64,000 bases of DNA, taken from the NCBI GenBank assembly GCA_964057225.1, contig OZ059899.1, positions 21,018,001-21,082,000 on the forward strand, written 5' to 3'. Positions 12,286 to 26,870 of the stretch are shown here, one piece after another. The notes under the pieces were generated by a model that saw nothing but the letters and a program-made list of their open reading frames with translations, was not told where the DNA came from and searched no databases. A program made the translations under genes and the position numbers. The DNA is from Auanema rhodensis (Eukaryota; Animalia; Nematoda). The first letter of the stretch is position 1; the number at the start of each line of letters is the position of its first letter.

Positions 12286-15093
12286 TGTAGTATAGTGCAT
12301 TCGATGCGGATTTTTAAGCTGCGTCGATCTGTGTTAACATATTTGCGCTAGCTTAAAAATGCACCGAGATATCAACTGATATATGTTCACACTTATATCC
12401 TCAATTTTCACCCTGAAGAATTAATTTTTTCGTTGAATAACATTGTCCATCGTCTTTGCCTTGAAAAAAGGAATCTAAAAACATCTACTTTTTGCTAAAT
12501 TATTTTGAAATTTTTCGAAAAAATTTTTGTCAAAATGTTTTTGGAAGCAATGTTGAGTGTACATGGAAACTCAACGTACACTAATGCATCATTTTTCAAA
12601 CGATCATAACTAATTTTTGTATTAAGCGTTTCTCAATGTAGTATAGTGCATTCGATGCGGATTTTTAAGCTGCGTCGATCTGTGTTATCAGATTTGCGCT
12701 AGCTTAAAAATGCACCGAGATATCAACTGATATAAGTTCACACTTATATCCTCGATTTTCACCCTGAAGAATTAATTTTTTCGTTGAATAACAAAGTCCA
12801 TCGTCTTTGCCTTGAAAAAAGGAATCTAAAAACATCTACTTTTTGCTAAATTATTTTGAAATTTTTTGAAAAAATTTTTGTCAAAATGTTTTTGGAAGCA
12901 ATATTGAGTGTACATGGAAACTCAACATACACTAATGCATCATTTTTCAAACGATCATAACTAATTTTTGTATTAAGCTTTTCTCAATGTAGTATAGTGC
13001 ATTCGATGCGGATTTTTAAGCTGCGTCGATCTGTGTTATCAGATTTGCGCTAGCTTAAAAATGCACCGAGATATCAACTGATATAAGTTCACACTTATAT
13101 CCTCGATTTTCACCCTGAAGAATTAATTTTTTCGTTGAATAACATTGTCCATCGTCTTTGCCTTGAAAAAAGAAATCTAAAAACATCTACTTTTTGCTAA
13201 ATTATTTTGAAATTTTTTGAAAAAATTTTTGTCAAAATGTTTTTGGAAGCAATGTTGAGTGTACATGGAAACTCAACATACACTAATGCATCATTTTTCA
13301 AACGATCATAACTAATTTTTGTATTAAGCGTTTCTCAATGTAGTATAGTGCATTCGATGCGGATTTTTAAGCTGCGTCGATCTGTGTTATCAGATTTGCG
13401 CTAGCTTAAAAATGCACCGAGATATCAACTGATATAAGTTCACACTTATATCCTCGATTTTCACCCTGAAGAATTAATTTTTTCGTTGAATAACATTGTC
13501 CATCGTCTTTGCCTTGAAAAAAGGAATCTAAAAACATCTACTTTTTGCTAAATTATTTTGAAATTTTTTGAAAAAATTTTTGTCAAAATGTTTTTGGAAG
13601 CAATGTTGAGTGTACATGGAAACTCAACATACACTAATGCATCATTTTTCAAACGATCATAACTAATTTTTGTATTAAGCGTTTCTCAATGTAGTATAGT
13701 GCATTCGATGCGGATTTTTAAGCTGCGTCGATCTGTGTTAACATATTTGCGCTAGCTTAAAAATGCACCGAGATATCAACTGATATATGTTCACACTTAT
13801 ATCCTCAATTTTCACCCTGAAGAATTAATTTTTTCGTTGAATAACATTGTCCATCGTCTTTGCCTTGAAAAAAGGAATCTAAAAACATCTACTTTTTGCT
13901 AAATTATTTTGAAATTTTTCGAAAAAATTTTTGTCAAAATGTTTTTGGAAGCAATGTTGAGTGTACATGGAAACTCAACGTACACTAATGCATCATTTTT
14001 CAAACGATCATAACTAATTTTTGTATTAAGCGTTTCTCAATGTAGTATAGTGCATTCGATGCGGATTTTTAAGCTGCGTCGATCTGTGTTATCAGATTTG
14101 CGCTAGCTTAAAAATGCACCGAGATATCAACTGATATAAGTTCACACTTATATCCTCGATTTTCACCCTGAAGAATTAATTTTTTCGTTGAATAACAAAG
14201 TCCATCGTCTTTGCCTTGAAAAAAGGAATCTAAAAACATCTACTTTTTGCTAAATTATTTTGAAATTTTTTGAAAAAATTTTTGTCAAAATGTTTTTGGA
14301 AGCAATATTGAGTGTACATGGAAACTCAACATACACTAATGCATCATTTTTCAAACGATCATAACTAATTTTTGTATTAAGCTTTTCTCAATGTAGTATA
14401 GTGCATTCGATGCGGATTTTTAAGCTGCGTCGATCTGTGTTATCAGATTTGCGCTAGCTTAAAAATGCACCGAGATATCAACTGATATAAGTTCACACTT
14501 ATATCCTCGATTTTCACCCTGAAGAATTAATTTTTTCGTTGAATAACATTGTCCATCGTCTTTGCCTTGAAAAAAGGAATCTAAAAACATCTACTTTTTG
14601 CTAAATTATTTTGAAATTTTTTGAAAAAATTTTTGTCAAAATGTTTTTGGAAGCAATGTTGAGTGTACATGGAAACTCAACATACACTAATGCATCATTT
14701 TTCAAACGATCATAACTAATTTTTGTATTAAGCGTTTCTCAATGTAGTATAGTGCATTCGATGCGGATTTTTAAGCTGCGTCGATCTGTGTTATCAGATT
14801 TGCGCTAGCTTAAAAATGCACCGAGATATCAACTGATATAAGTTCACACTTATATCCTCGATTTTCACCCTGAAGAATTAATTTTTTCGTTGAATAACAT
14901 TGTCCATCGTCTTTGCCTTGAAAAAAGGAATCTAAAAACATCTACTTTTTGCTAAATTATTTTGAAATTTTTTGAAAAAATTTTTGTCAAAATGTTTTTG
15001 GAAGCAATGTTGAGTGTACATGGAAACTCAACATACACTAATGCATCATTTTTCAAACGATCATAACTAATTTTTGTATTAAGCGTTTCTCAA
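12286..15093. repeat. Local 4-mer higher-order repeat (1404 bp x2)
   Basis: Rare TTAACATAT + TATGTT monomer at 12286 and 13690. AAAGTCC + AATATTG + AAGCTT monomer at 12637 and 14041. Confidence 0.88.
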
Positions 15094-18000
15094 TGTAGTA
15101 TAGTGCATTCGATGCGGATTTTTAAGCTGCGTCGATCTGTGTTATCAGATTTGCGCTAGCTTAAAAATGCACCGAGATATCAACTAATATAAGTTCACAT
15201 TTATATCCTCGATTTTCACCCTGAAGAATTAATTTTTTCGTTGAATAACAAAGTCCATCGTCTTTGCCTTGAAAAAAAGAATCTAAAAACATCTACTTTT
15301 TGCTAAATTATTTTGAAATTTTTTGAAAAAATTTTTGTCAAAATGTTTTTGGAAGCAATGTTGAGTGTACATGGAAACTCAACATACACTAATGCATCAT
15401 TTTTCAAACGATCATAACTAATTTTTGTATCAAGCGTTTCTCAATGTAGTATAGTGCATTCGATGCGGATTTTTAAGCTGCGTCGATCTGTGTTATCAGA
15501 TTTGCGCTAGCTTAAAAATGCACCGAGATATCAACTGATATAAGTTCACACTTATATCCTCGATTTTCACCCTGAAGAATTAACTTTTTCGTTGAATAAC
15601 ATTGTCCATCGTCTTTGCCTTGAAAAAAGGAATCTAAAAACATCTACTTTTTGCTAAATTATTTTGAAATTTTTCGAAAAAATTTTTGTCAAAATGTTTT
15701 TGGAAGCAATATTGAGTGTACATGGAAACTCAACATACACTAATGCATCATTTTTCAAACGATCATAACTAATTTTTGTATTAAGCTTTTCTCAATGTAG
15801 TATAGTGCATTCGATGCGGATTTTTAAGCTGCGTCGATCTGTGTTATCAGATTTGCGCTAGCTTAAAAATGCACCGAGATATCAACTGATATAAGTTCAC
15901 ACTTATATCCTCGATTTTCACCCTGAAGAATTAATTTTTTCGTTGAATAACATTGTCCATCGTCTTTGCCTTGAAAAAAGGAATCTAAAAACATCTACTT
16001 TTTGCTAAATTATTTTGAAATTTTTTGAAAAAATTTTTGTCAAAATGTTTTTGGAAGCAATGTTGAGTGTACATGGAAACTCAACATACACTAATGCATC
16101 ATTTTTCAAACGATCATAACTAATTTTTGTATTAAGCGTTTCTCAATGTAGTATAGTGCATTCGATGCGGATTTTTAAGCTGCGTCGATCTGTGTTATCA
16201 GATTTGCGCTAGCTTAAAAATGCACCGAGATATCAACTGATATAAGTTCACACTTATATCCTCGATTTTCACCCTGAAGAATTAATTTTTTCGTTGAATA
16301 ACAAAGTCCATCGTCTTTGCCTTGAAAAAAAGAATCTAAAAACATCTACTTTTTGCTAAATTATTTTGAAATTTTTTGAAAAAATTTTTGTCAAAATGTT
16401 TTTGGAAGCAATGTTGAGTGTACATGGAAACTCAACATACACTAATGCATCATTTTTCAAACGATCATAACTAATTTTTGTATCAAGCGTTTCTCAATGT
16501 AGTATAGTGCATTCGATGCGGATTTTCAAGCTGCGTCTATCTGTGTTATCAGATTTGCGCTAGCTTAAAAATGCACCGAGATATCAACTGATATAAGTTC
16601 ACACTTATATCCTCGATTTTCACCCTGAAGAATTAATTTTTTTCGTTGAATAACATTGTCCATCGTCTTTGCCTTGAAAAAAGGAATCTAAAAACATCTA
16701 CTTTTTGCTAAATTATTTTGAAATTTTTCGAAAAAATTTTTGTCAAAATGTTTTTGGAAGCAATGTTGAGTGTACATGGAAACTCAACATACACTAATGC
16801 ATCATTTTTCAAACGATCATAACTAATTTTTGTATTAAGCGTTTCTCAATGTAGTATAGTGCATTCGATGCGGATTTTTAAGCTGCGTCGATCTGTGTTA
16901 TCATATTTGCGCTAGCTTAAAAATGCACCGAGATATCAACTGATATAAGTTCACACTTATATCCTCAATTTTCACCCTGAAGAATTAATTTTTTCGTTGA
17001 ATAACATTGTCCATCGTCTTTGCCTTGAAAAAAGGAATCTAAAAACATCTACTTTTTGCTAAATTATTTTGAAATTTTTCGAAAAAATTTTTGTCAAAAT
17101 GTTTTTGGAAGCAATGTTGAGTGTACATGGAAACTCAACGTACACTAATGCATCATTTTTCAAACGATCATAACTAATTTTTGTATTAAGCGTTTCTCAA
17201 TGTAGTATAGTGCATTCGATGCGGATTTTTAAGCTGCGCCGATCTGTGTTATCAGATTTGCGCTAGCTGAAAAATGCACCGAGATATCAACTGATATAAG
17301 TTCACACTTATATCCTCGATTTTCACCCTGAAGAATTAATTTTTTCGTTGAATAACATTGTCCATCGTCTTTGCCTTGAAAAAAGGAATCTAAAAACATC
17401 TACTTTTTGCTAAATTATTTTGAAATTTTTCGAAAAAATTTTTGTCAAAATGTTTTTGGAAGCAATGTTGAGTGTACATGGAAACTCAACATACACTAAT
17501 GCATCATTTTTCAAACGATCATAACTAATTTTTGTATTAAGCGTTTCTCAATGTAGTATAGTGCATTCGATGCGGATTTTTAAGCTGCGTCGATCTGTGT
17601 TATCATATTTGCGCTAGCTTAAAAATGCACCGAGATATCAACTGATATAAGTTCACACTTATATCCTCAATTTTCACCCTGAAGAATTAATTTTTTCGTT
17701 GAATAACATTGTCCATCGTCTTTGCCTTGAAAAAAGGAATCTAAAAACATCTACTTTTTGCTAAATTATTTTGAAATTTTTCGAAAAAATTTTTGTCAAA
17801 ATGTTTTTGGAAGCAATATTGAGTGTACATGGAAACTCAACATACACTAATGCATCATTTTTCAAACGATCATAACTAATTTTTGTATTAAGCTTTTCTC
17901 AATGTAGTATAGTGCATTCGATGCGGATTTTTAAGCTGCGTCGATCTGTGTTATCAGATTTGCGCTAGCTTAAAAATGCACCGAGATATCAACTGATATA

Positions 18001-19306
18001 AGTTCACACTTATATCCTCGATTTTCACCCTGAAGAATTAATTTTTTCGTTGAATAACATTGTCCATCGTCTTTGCCTTGAAAAAAGGAATCTAAAAACA
18101 TCTACTTTTTGCTAAATTATTTTGAAATTTTTTGAAAAAATTTTTGTCAAAATGTTTTTGGAAGCAATGTTGAGTGTACATGGAAACTCAACATACACTA
18201 ATGCATCATTTTTCAAACGATCATAACTAATTTTTGTATTAAGCGTTTCTCAATGTAGTATAGTGCATTCGATGCGGATTTTTAAGCTGCGTCGATCTGT
18301 GTTATCAGATTTGCGCTAGCTTAAAAATGCACCGAGATATCAACTGATATAAGTTCACACTTATATCCTCGATTTTCACCCTGAAGAATTAATTTTTTCG
18401 TTGAATAACATTGTCCATCGTCTTTGCCTTGAAAAAAGGAATCTAAAAACATCTACTTTTTGCTAAATTATTTTGAAATTTTTTGAAAAAATTTTTGTCA
18501 AAATGTTTTTGGAAGCAATGTTGAGTGTACATGGAAACTCAACATACACTAATGCATCATTTTTCAAACGATCATAACTAATTTTTGTATTAAGCGTTTC
18601 TCAATGTAGTATAGTGCATTCGATGCGGATTTTTAAGCTGCGTCGATCTGTGTTATCAGATTTGCGCTAGCTTAAAAATGCACCGAGATATCAACTAATA
18701 TAAGTTCACATTTATATCCTCGATTTTCACCCTGAAGAATTAATTTTTTCGTTGAATAACAAAGTCCATCGTCTTTGCCTTGAAAAAAAGAATCTAAAAA
18801 CATCTACTTTTTGCTAAATTATTTTGAAATTTTTTGAAAAAATTTTTGTCAAAATGTTTTTGGAAGCAATGTTGAGTGTACATGGAAACTCAACATACAC
18901 TAATGCATCATTTTTCAAACGATCATAACTAATTTTTGTATCAAGCGTTTCTCAATGTAGTATAGTGCATTCGATGCGGATTTATAAGCTGCGTCGATCT
19001 GTGTTATCAGATTTGCGCTAGCTTAAAAATGCACCGAGATATCAACTGATATAAGTTCACACTTATATCCTCGATTTTCACCCTGAAGAATTAATTTTTT
19101 CGTTGAATAACATTGTCCATCGTCTTTGCCTTGAAAAAAGGAATCTAAAAACATCTACTTTTTGCTAAATTATTTTGAAATTTTTCGAAAAAATTTTTGT
19201 CAAAATGTTTTTGGAAGCAATGTTGAGTGTACATGGAAACTCAACATACACTAATGCATCATTTTTCAAACGATCATAACTAATTTTTGTATTAAGCGTT
19301 TCTCAA

Positions 19307-22300
19307 TGTAGTATAGTGCATTCGATGCGGATTTTTAAGCTGCGTCGATCTGTGTTATCATATTTGCGCTAGCTTAAAAATGCACCGAGATATCAACTGA
19401 TATAAGTTCACACTTATATCCTCAATTTTCACCCTGAAGAATTAATTTTTTCGTTGAATAACATTGTCCATCGTCTTTGCCTTGAAAAAAGGAATCTAAA
19501 AACATCTACTTTTTGCTAAATTATTTTGAAATTTTTCGAAAAAATTTTTGTCAAAATGTTTTTGGAAGCAATGTTGAGTGTACATGGAAACTCAACGTAC
19601 ACTAATGCATCATTTTTCAAACGATCATAACTAATTTTTGTATTAAGCGTTTCTCAATGTAGTATAGTGCATTCGATGCGGATTTTTAAGCTGCGTCGAT
19701 CTGTGTTATCCGATTTGCGCTAGCTTAAAAATGCACCGAGATATCAACTGATATAAGTTCACACTTATATCCTCGATTTTCACCCTGAAGAATTAATTTT
19801 TTCGTTGAATAACATTGTCCATCGTCTTTGCCTTGAAAAAAGGAATCTAAAAACATCTACTTTTTGCTAAATTATTTTGAAATTTTTCGAAAAAATTTTT
19901 GTCAAAATGTTTTTGGAAGCAATGTTGAGTGTACATGGAAACTCAACATACACTAATGCATCATTTTTCAAACGATCATAACTAATTTTTGTATTAAGCG
20001 TTTCTCAATGTAGTATAGTGCATTCGATGCGGATTTTTAAGCTGCGTCGATCTGTGTTATCATATTTGCGCTAGCTTAAAAATGCACCGAGATATCAACT
20101 GATATAAGTTCACACTTATATCCTCAATTTTCACCCTGAAGAATTAATTTTTTCGTTGAATAACATTGTCCATCGTCTTTGCCTTGAAAAAAGGAATCTA
20201 AAAACATCTACTTTTTGCTAAATTATTTTGAAATTTTTCGAAAAAATTTTTGTCAAAATGTTTTTGGAAGCAATGTTGAGTGTACATGGAAACTCAACGT
20301 ACACTAATGCATCATTTTTCAAACGATCATAACTAATTTTTGTATTAAGCGTTTCTCAATGTAGTATAGTGCATTCGATGCGGATTTTTAAGCTGCGTCG
20401 ATCTGTGTTATCAGATTTGCGCTAGCTTAAAAATGCACCGAGATATCAACTGATATAAGTTCACACTTATATCCTCAATTTTCACCCTGAAGAATTAATT
20501 TTTTCGTTGAATAACATTGTCCATCGTCTTTGCCTTGAAAAAAGGAATCTAAAAACATCTACTTTTCGCTAAATTATTTTGAAATTTTTCGAAAAAATTT
20601 TTGTCAAAATGTTTTTGGAAGCAATGTTGAGTGTACATGGAAACTCAACATACACTAATGCATCATTTTTCAAACGATCATAACTAATTTTTGTATTAAG
20701 CGTTTCTCAATGTAGTATAGTGCATTCGATGCGGATTTTTAAGCTGCGTCGATCTGTGTTATCATATTTGCGCTAGCTTAAAAATGCACCGAGATATCAA
20801 CTGATATAAGTTCACACTTATATCCTCAATTTTCACCCTGAAGAATTAATTTTTTCGTTGAATAACATTGTCCATCGTCTTTGCCTTGAAAAAAGGAATC
20901 TAAAAACATCTACTTTTTGCTAAATTATTTTGAAATTTTTCGAAAAAATTTTTGTCAAAATGTTTTTGGAAGCAATGTTGAGTGTACATGGAAACTCAAC
21001 GTACACTAATGCATCATTTTTCAAACGATCATAACTAATTTTTGTATTAAGCGTTTCTTAATGTAGTATAGTGCATTCGATGCGGATTTTTAAGCTGCGT
21101 CGATCTGTGTTATCAGATTTGCGCTAGCTTAAAAATGCACCGAGATATCAACTGATATAAGTTCACACTTATATCCTCGATTTTCACCCTGAAGAATTAA
21201 TTTTTTCGTTGAATAACATTGTCCATCGTCTTTGCCTTGAAAAAAGGAATCTAAAAACATCTACTTTTTGCTAAATTATTTTGAAATTTTTCGAAAAAAT
21301 TTTTGTCAAAATGTTTTTGGAAGCAATGTTGAGTGTACATGGAAACTCAACATACACTAATGCATCATTTTTCAAACGATCATAACTAATTTTTGTATTA
21401 AGCGTTTCTCAATGTAGTATAGTGCATTCGATGCGGATTTTTAAGCTGCGTCGATCTGTGTTATCATATTTGCGCTAGCTTAAAAATGCACCGAGATATC
21501 AACTGATATAAGTTCACACTTATATCCTCAATTTTCACCCTGAAGAATTAATTTTTTCGTTGAATAACATTGTCCATCGTCTTTGCCTTGAAAAAAGGAA
21601 TCTAAAAACATCTACTTTTTGCTAAATTATTTTGAAATTTTTCGAAAAAATTTTTGTCAAAATGTTTTTGGAAGCAATGTTGAGTGTACATGGAAACTCA
21701 ACGTACACTAATGCATCATTTTTCAAACGATCATAACTAATTTTTGTATTAAGCGTTTCTCAATGTAGTATAGTGCATTCGATGCGGATTTTTAAGCTGC
21801 GTCGATCTGTGTTATCAGATTTGCGCTAGCTTAAAAATGCACCGAGATATCAACTGATATAAGTTCACACTTATATCCTCGATTTTCACCCTGAAGAATT
21901 AATTTTTTCGTTGAATAACATTGTCCATCGTCTTTGCCTTGAAAAAAGGAATCTAAAAACATCTACTTTTTGCTAAATTATTTTGAAATTTTTCGAAAAA
22001 ATTTTTGTCAAAATGTTTTTGGAAGCAATGTTGAGTGTACATGGAAACTCAACATACACTAATGCATCATTTTTCAAACGATCATAACTAATTTTTGTAT
22101 TAAGCGTTTCTCAATGTAGTATAGTGCATTCGATGCGGATTTTTAAGCTGCGTCGATCTGTGTTATCATATTTGCGCTAGCTTAAAAATGCACCGAGATA
22201 TCAACTGATATAAGTTCACACTTATATCCTCAATTTTCACCCTGAAGAATTAATTTTTTCGTTGAATAACATTGTCCATCGTCTTTGCCTTGAAAAAAGG

Positions 22301-22465
22301 AATCTAAAAACATCTACTTTTTGCTAAATTATTTTGAAATTTTTCGAAAAAATTTTTGTCAAAATGTTTTTGGAAGCAATGTTGAGTGTACATGGAAACT
22401 CAACGTACACTAATGCATCATTTTTCAAACGATCATAACTAATTTTTGTATTAAGCGTTTCTCAA
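19307..22465. repeat. Alternating 2-mer domain (55T/118A/291G monomer alternating with a near-consensus monomer)
   Basis: The variant monomer is at 19307, 20009, 20711, 21413 and 22115 (702-bp spacing). Confidence 0.85.
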
Positions 22466-25400
22466 TGTAGTATAGTGCATTCGATGCGGATTTTTAAGCT
22501 GCGTCGATCTGTGTTATCATATTTGCGCTAGCTTAAAAATGCACCGAGATATCAACTGATATAAGTTCACACTTATATCCTCAATTTTCACCCTGAAGAA
22601 TTAATTTTTTCGTTGAATAACATTGTCCATCGTCTTTGCCTTGAAAAAAGGAATCTAAAAACATCTACTTTTTGCTAAATTATTTTGAAATTTTTCGAAA
22701 AAATTTTTGTCAAAATGTTTTTGGAAGCAATGTTGAGTGTACATGGAAACTCAACGTACACTAATGCATCATTTTTCAAACGATCATAACTAATTTTTGT
22801 ATTAAGCGTTTCTCAATGTAGTATAGTGCATTCGATGCGGATTTTTAAGCTGCGTCGATCTGTGTTATCAGATTTGCGCTAGCTTAAAAATGCACCGAGA
22901 TATCAACTGATATAAGTTCACACTTATATCCTCAATTTTCACCCTGAAGAATTAATTTTTTCGTTGAATAACATTGTCCATCGTCTTTGCCTTGAAAAAA
23001 GGAATCTAAAAACATCTACTTTTCGCTAAATTATTTTGAAATTTTTCGAAAAAATTTTTGTCAAAATGTTTTTGGAAGCAATGTTGAGTGTACATGGAAA
23101 CTCAACATACACTAATGCATCATTTTTCAAACGATCATAACTAATTTTTGTATTAAGCGTTTCTCAATGTAGTATAGTGCATTCGATGCGGATTTTTAAG
23201 CTGCGTCGATCTGTGTTATCATATTTGCGCTAGCTTAAAAATGCACCGAGATATCAACTGATATAAGTTCACACTTATATCCTCAATTTTCACCCTGAAG
23301 AATTAATTTTTTCGTTGAATAACATTGTCCATCGTCTTTGCCTTGAAAAAAGGAATCTAAAAACATCTACTTTTTGCTAAATTATTTTGAAATTTTTCGA
23401 AAAAATTTTTGTCAAAATGTTTTTGGAAGCAATGTTGAGTGTACATGGAAACTCAACGTACACTAATGCATCATTTTTCAAACGATCATAACTAATTTTT
23501 GTATTAAGCGTTTCTTAATGTAGTATAGTGCATTCGATGCGGATTTTTAAGCTGCGTCGATCTGTGTTATCAGATTTGCGCTAGCTTAAAAATGCACCGA
23601 GATATCAACTGATATAAGTTCACACTTATATCCTCGATTTTCACCCTGAAGAATTAATTTTTTCGTTGAATAACATTGTCCATCGTCTTTGCCTTGAAAG
23701 AAGGAATTTAAAAACATCTACTTTTTGCTAAATTATTTTGAAATTTTTCGGAAAAATTTTTGTCAAAATGTTTTTGGAAGCAATGTTGAGTGTACATGGA
23801 AACTCAACATACACTAAGGCATCATTTTTCAAACGATCATAACTAATTTTTGTATTAAGCGTTTTTCAATGTAGTACAGTGCATTCGATGCGGATTTTTA
23901 AGCTGCGTCGATCTGTGTTATCATATTTGCGCTAGCTTAAAAATGCACCGAGATATCAACTGATATAAGTTCACACTTATATCCTCAATTTTCACCCTGA
24001 AGAATTAATTTTTTCGTTGAATAACATTGTCCATCGTCTTTGCCTTGAAAAAAGGAATCTAAAAACATCTACTTTTTGCTAAATTATTTTGAAAATTTTC
24101 GAAAAAATTTTTGTCAAAATGTTTTTGGAAGCAATGTTGAGTGTACATGGAAACTCAACGTACACTAATGCATCATTTTTCAAACGATCATAACTAATTT
24201 TTGTATTAAGCGTTTCTCAATGTAGTATAGTGCATTCGATGCGGATTTTTAAGCTACGTCGATCTGTGTTATCAGATTTGCGCTAGCTTAAAAATGCACC
24301 GAGATATCAACTGATATAAGTTCACACTTATATCCTCGATTTTCACCCTGAAGAATTAATTTTTTCGTTGAATAACATTGTCCATCGTCTTTGCCTTGAA
24401 AAAAGGAATCTAAAAACATCTACTTTTTGCTGAATTATTTTGAAAATTTTCGAAAAAATTTTTGTCAAAATGTTTTTGGAAGCAATGTTGAGTGTACATG
24501 GAAACTCAACGTACACTAATGCATCATTTTTCAAACGATCATAACTAATTTTTGTATTAAGCGTTTCTCAATGTAGTATAGTGCATTCGATGCGGATTTT
24601 TAAGCTGCGTCGATCTGTGTTATCATATTTGCGCTAGCTTAAAAATGCACCGAGATATCAACTGATATAAGTTCACACTTATATCCTCGATTTTCACCCT
24701 GAAGAATTAATTTTTTCGTTGAATAACATTGTCCATCGTCTTTGCCTTGAAAAAAGGAATCTAAAAACATCTACTTTTTGCTAAATTATTTTGAAATTTT
24801 TCGAAAAAATTTTTGTCAAAATGTTTTTGGAAGCAATGTTGAGTGTACATGGAAACTCAACGTACACTAATGCATCATTTTTCAAACGATCATAACTAAT
24901 TTTTGTATTAAGCGTTTCTCAATGTAGTATAGTGCATTCGATGCGGATTTTTAAGCTGCGTCGATCTGTGTTATCATATTTGCGCTAGCTTAAAAATGCA
25001 CCGAGATATCAACTGATATAAGTTCACACTTATATCCTCAATTTTCACCCTGAAGAATTAATTTTTTCGTTGAATAACATTGTCCATCGTCTTTGCCTTG
25101 AAAAAAGGAATCTAAAAACATCTACTTTTTGCTAAATTATTTTGAAATTTTTCGAAAAAATTTTTGTCAAAATGTTTTTGGAAGCAATGTTGAGTGTACA
25201 TGGAAACTCAACGTACACTAATGCATCATTTTTCAAACGATCATAACTAATTTTTGTATTAAGCGTTTCTCAATGTAGTATAGTGCATTCGATGCGGATT
25301 TTTAAGCTGCGTCGATCTGTGTTATCAGATTTGCGCTAGCTTAAAAATGCACCGAGATATCAACTGATATAAGTTCACACTTATATCCTCAATTTTCACC

Positions 25401-26870
25401 CTGAAGAATTAATTTTTTCGTTGAATAACATTGTCCATCGTCTTTGCCTTGAAAAAAGGAATCTAAAAACATCTACTTTTCGCTAAATTATTTTGAAATT
25501 TTTCGAAAAAATTTTTGTCAAAATGTTTTTGGAAGCAATGTTGAGTGTACATGGAAACTCAACATACACTAATGCATCATTTTTCAAACGATCATAACTA
25601 ATTTTTGTATTAAGCGTTTCTCAATGTAGTATAGTGCATTCGATGCGGATTTTTAAGCTGCGTCGATCTGTGTTATCATATTTGCGCTAGCTTAAAAATG
25701 CACCGAGATATCAACTGATATAAGTTCACACTTATATCCTCAATTTTCACCCTGAAGAATTAATTTTTTCGTTGAATAACATTGTCCATCGTCTTTGCCT
25801 TGAAAAAAGGAATCTAAAAACATCTACTTTTTGCTAAATTATTTTGAAATTTTTCGAAAAAATTTTTGTCAAAATGTTTTTGGAAGCAATGTTGAGTGTA
25901 CATGGAAACTCAACGTACACTAATGCATCATTTTTCAAACGATCATAACTAATTTTTGTATTAAGCGTTTCTTAATGTAGTATAGTGCATTCGATGCGGA
26001 TTTTTAAGCTGCGTCGATCTGTGTTATCAGATTTGCGCTAGCTTAAAAATGCACCGAGATATCAACTGATATAAGTTCACACTTATATCCTCGATTTTCA
26101 CCCTGAAGAATTAATTTTTTCGTTGAATAACATTGTCCATCGTCTTTGCCTTGAAAGAAGGAATTTAAAAACATCTACTTTTTGCTAAATTATTTTGAAA
26201 TTTTTCGGAAAAATTTTTGTCAAAATGTTTTTGGAAGCAATGTTGAGTGTACATGGAAACTCAACATACACTAAGGCATCATTTTTCAAACGATCATAAC
26301 TAATTTTTGTATTAAGCGTTTTTCAATGTAGTACAGTGCATTCGATGCGGATTTTTAAGCTGCGTCGATCTGTGTTATCATATTTGCGCTAGCTTAAAAA
26401 TGCACCGAGATATCAACTGATATAAGTTCACACTTATATCCTCAATTTTCACCCTGAAGAATTAATTTTTTCGTTGAATAACATTGTCCATCGTCTTTGC
26501 CTTGAAAAAAGGAATCTAAAAACATCTACTTTTTGCTAAATTATTTTGAAAATTTTCGAAAAAATTTTTGTCAAAATGTTTTTGGAAGCAATGTTGAGTG
26601 TACATGGAAACTCAACGTACACTAATGCATCATTTTTCAAACGATCATAACTAATTTTTGTATTAAGCGTTTCTCAATGTAGTATAGTGCATTCGATGCG
26701 GATTTTTAAGCTACGTCGATCTGTGTTATCAGATTTGCGCTAGCTTAAAAATGCACCGAGATATCAACTGATATAAGTTCACACTTATATCCTCGATTTT
26801 CACCCTGAAGAATTAATTTTTTCGTTGAATAACATTGTCCATCGTCTTTGCCTTGAAAAAAGGAATCTAA
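22466..26870. repeat. Local 7-mer duplication (2457-bp period, ~1.8 copies)
   Basis: TTCGCT monomer at 22817/25274, CTTAAT at 23168/25625, GAAAGAAGGAATTT at 23519/25976, GTACAG at 23870/26327, GCTACG at 24221/26678. Confidence 0.88.
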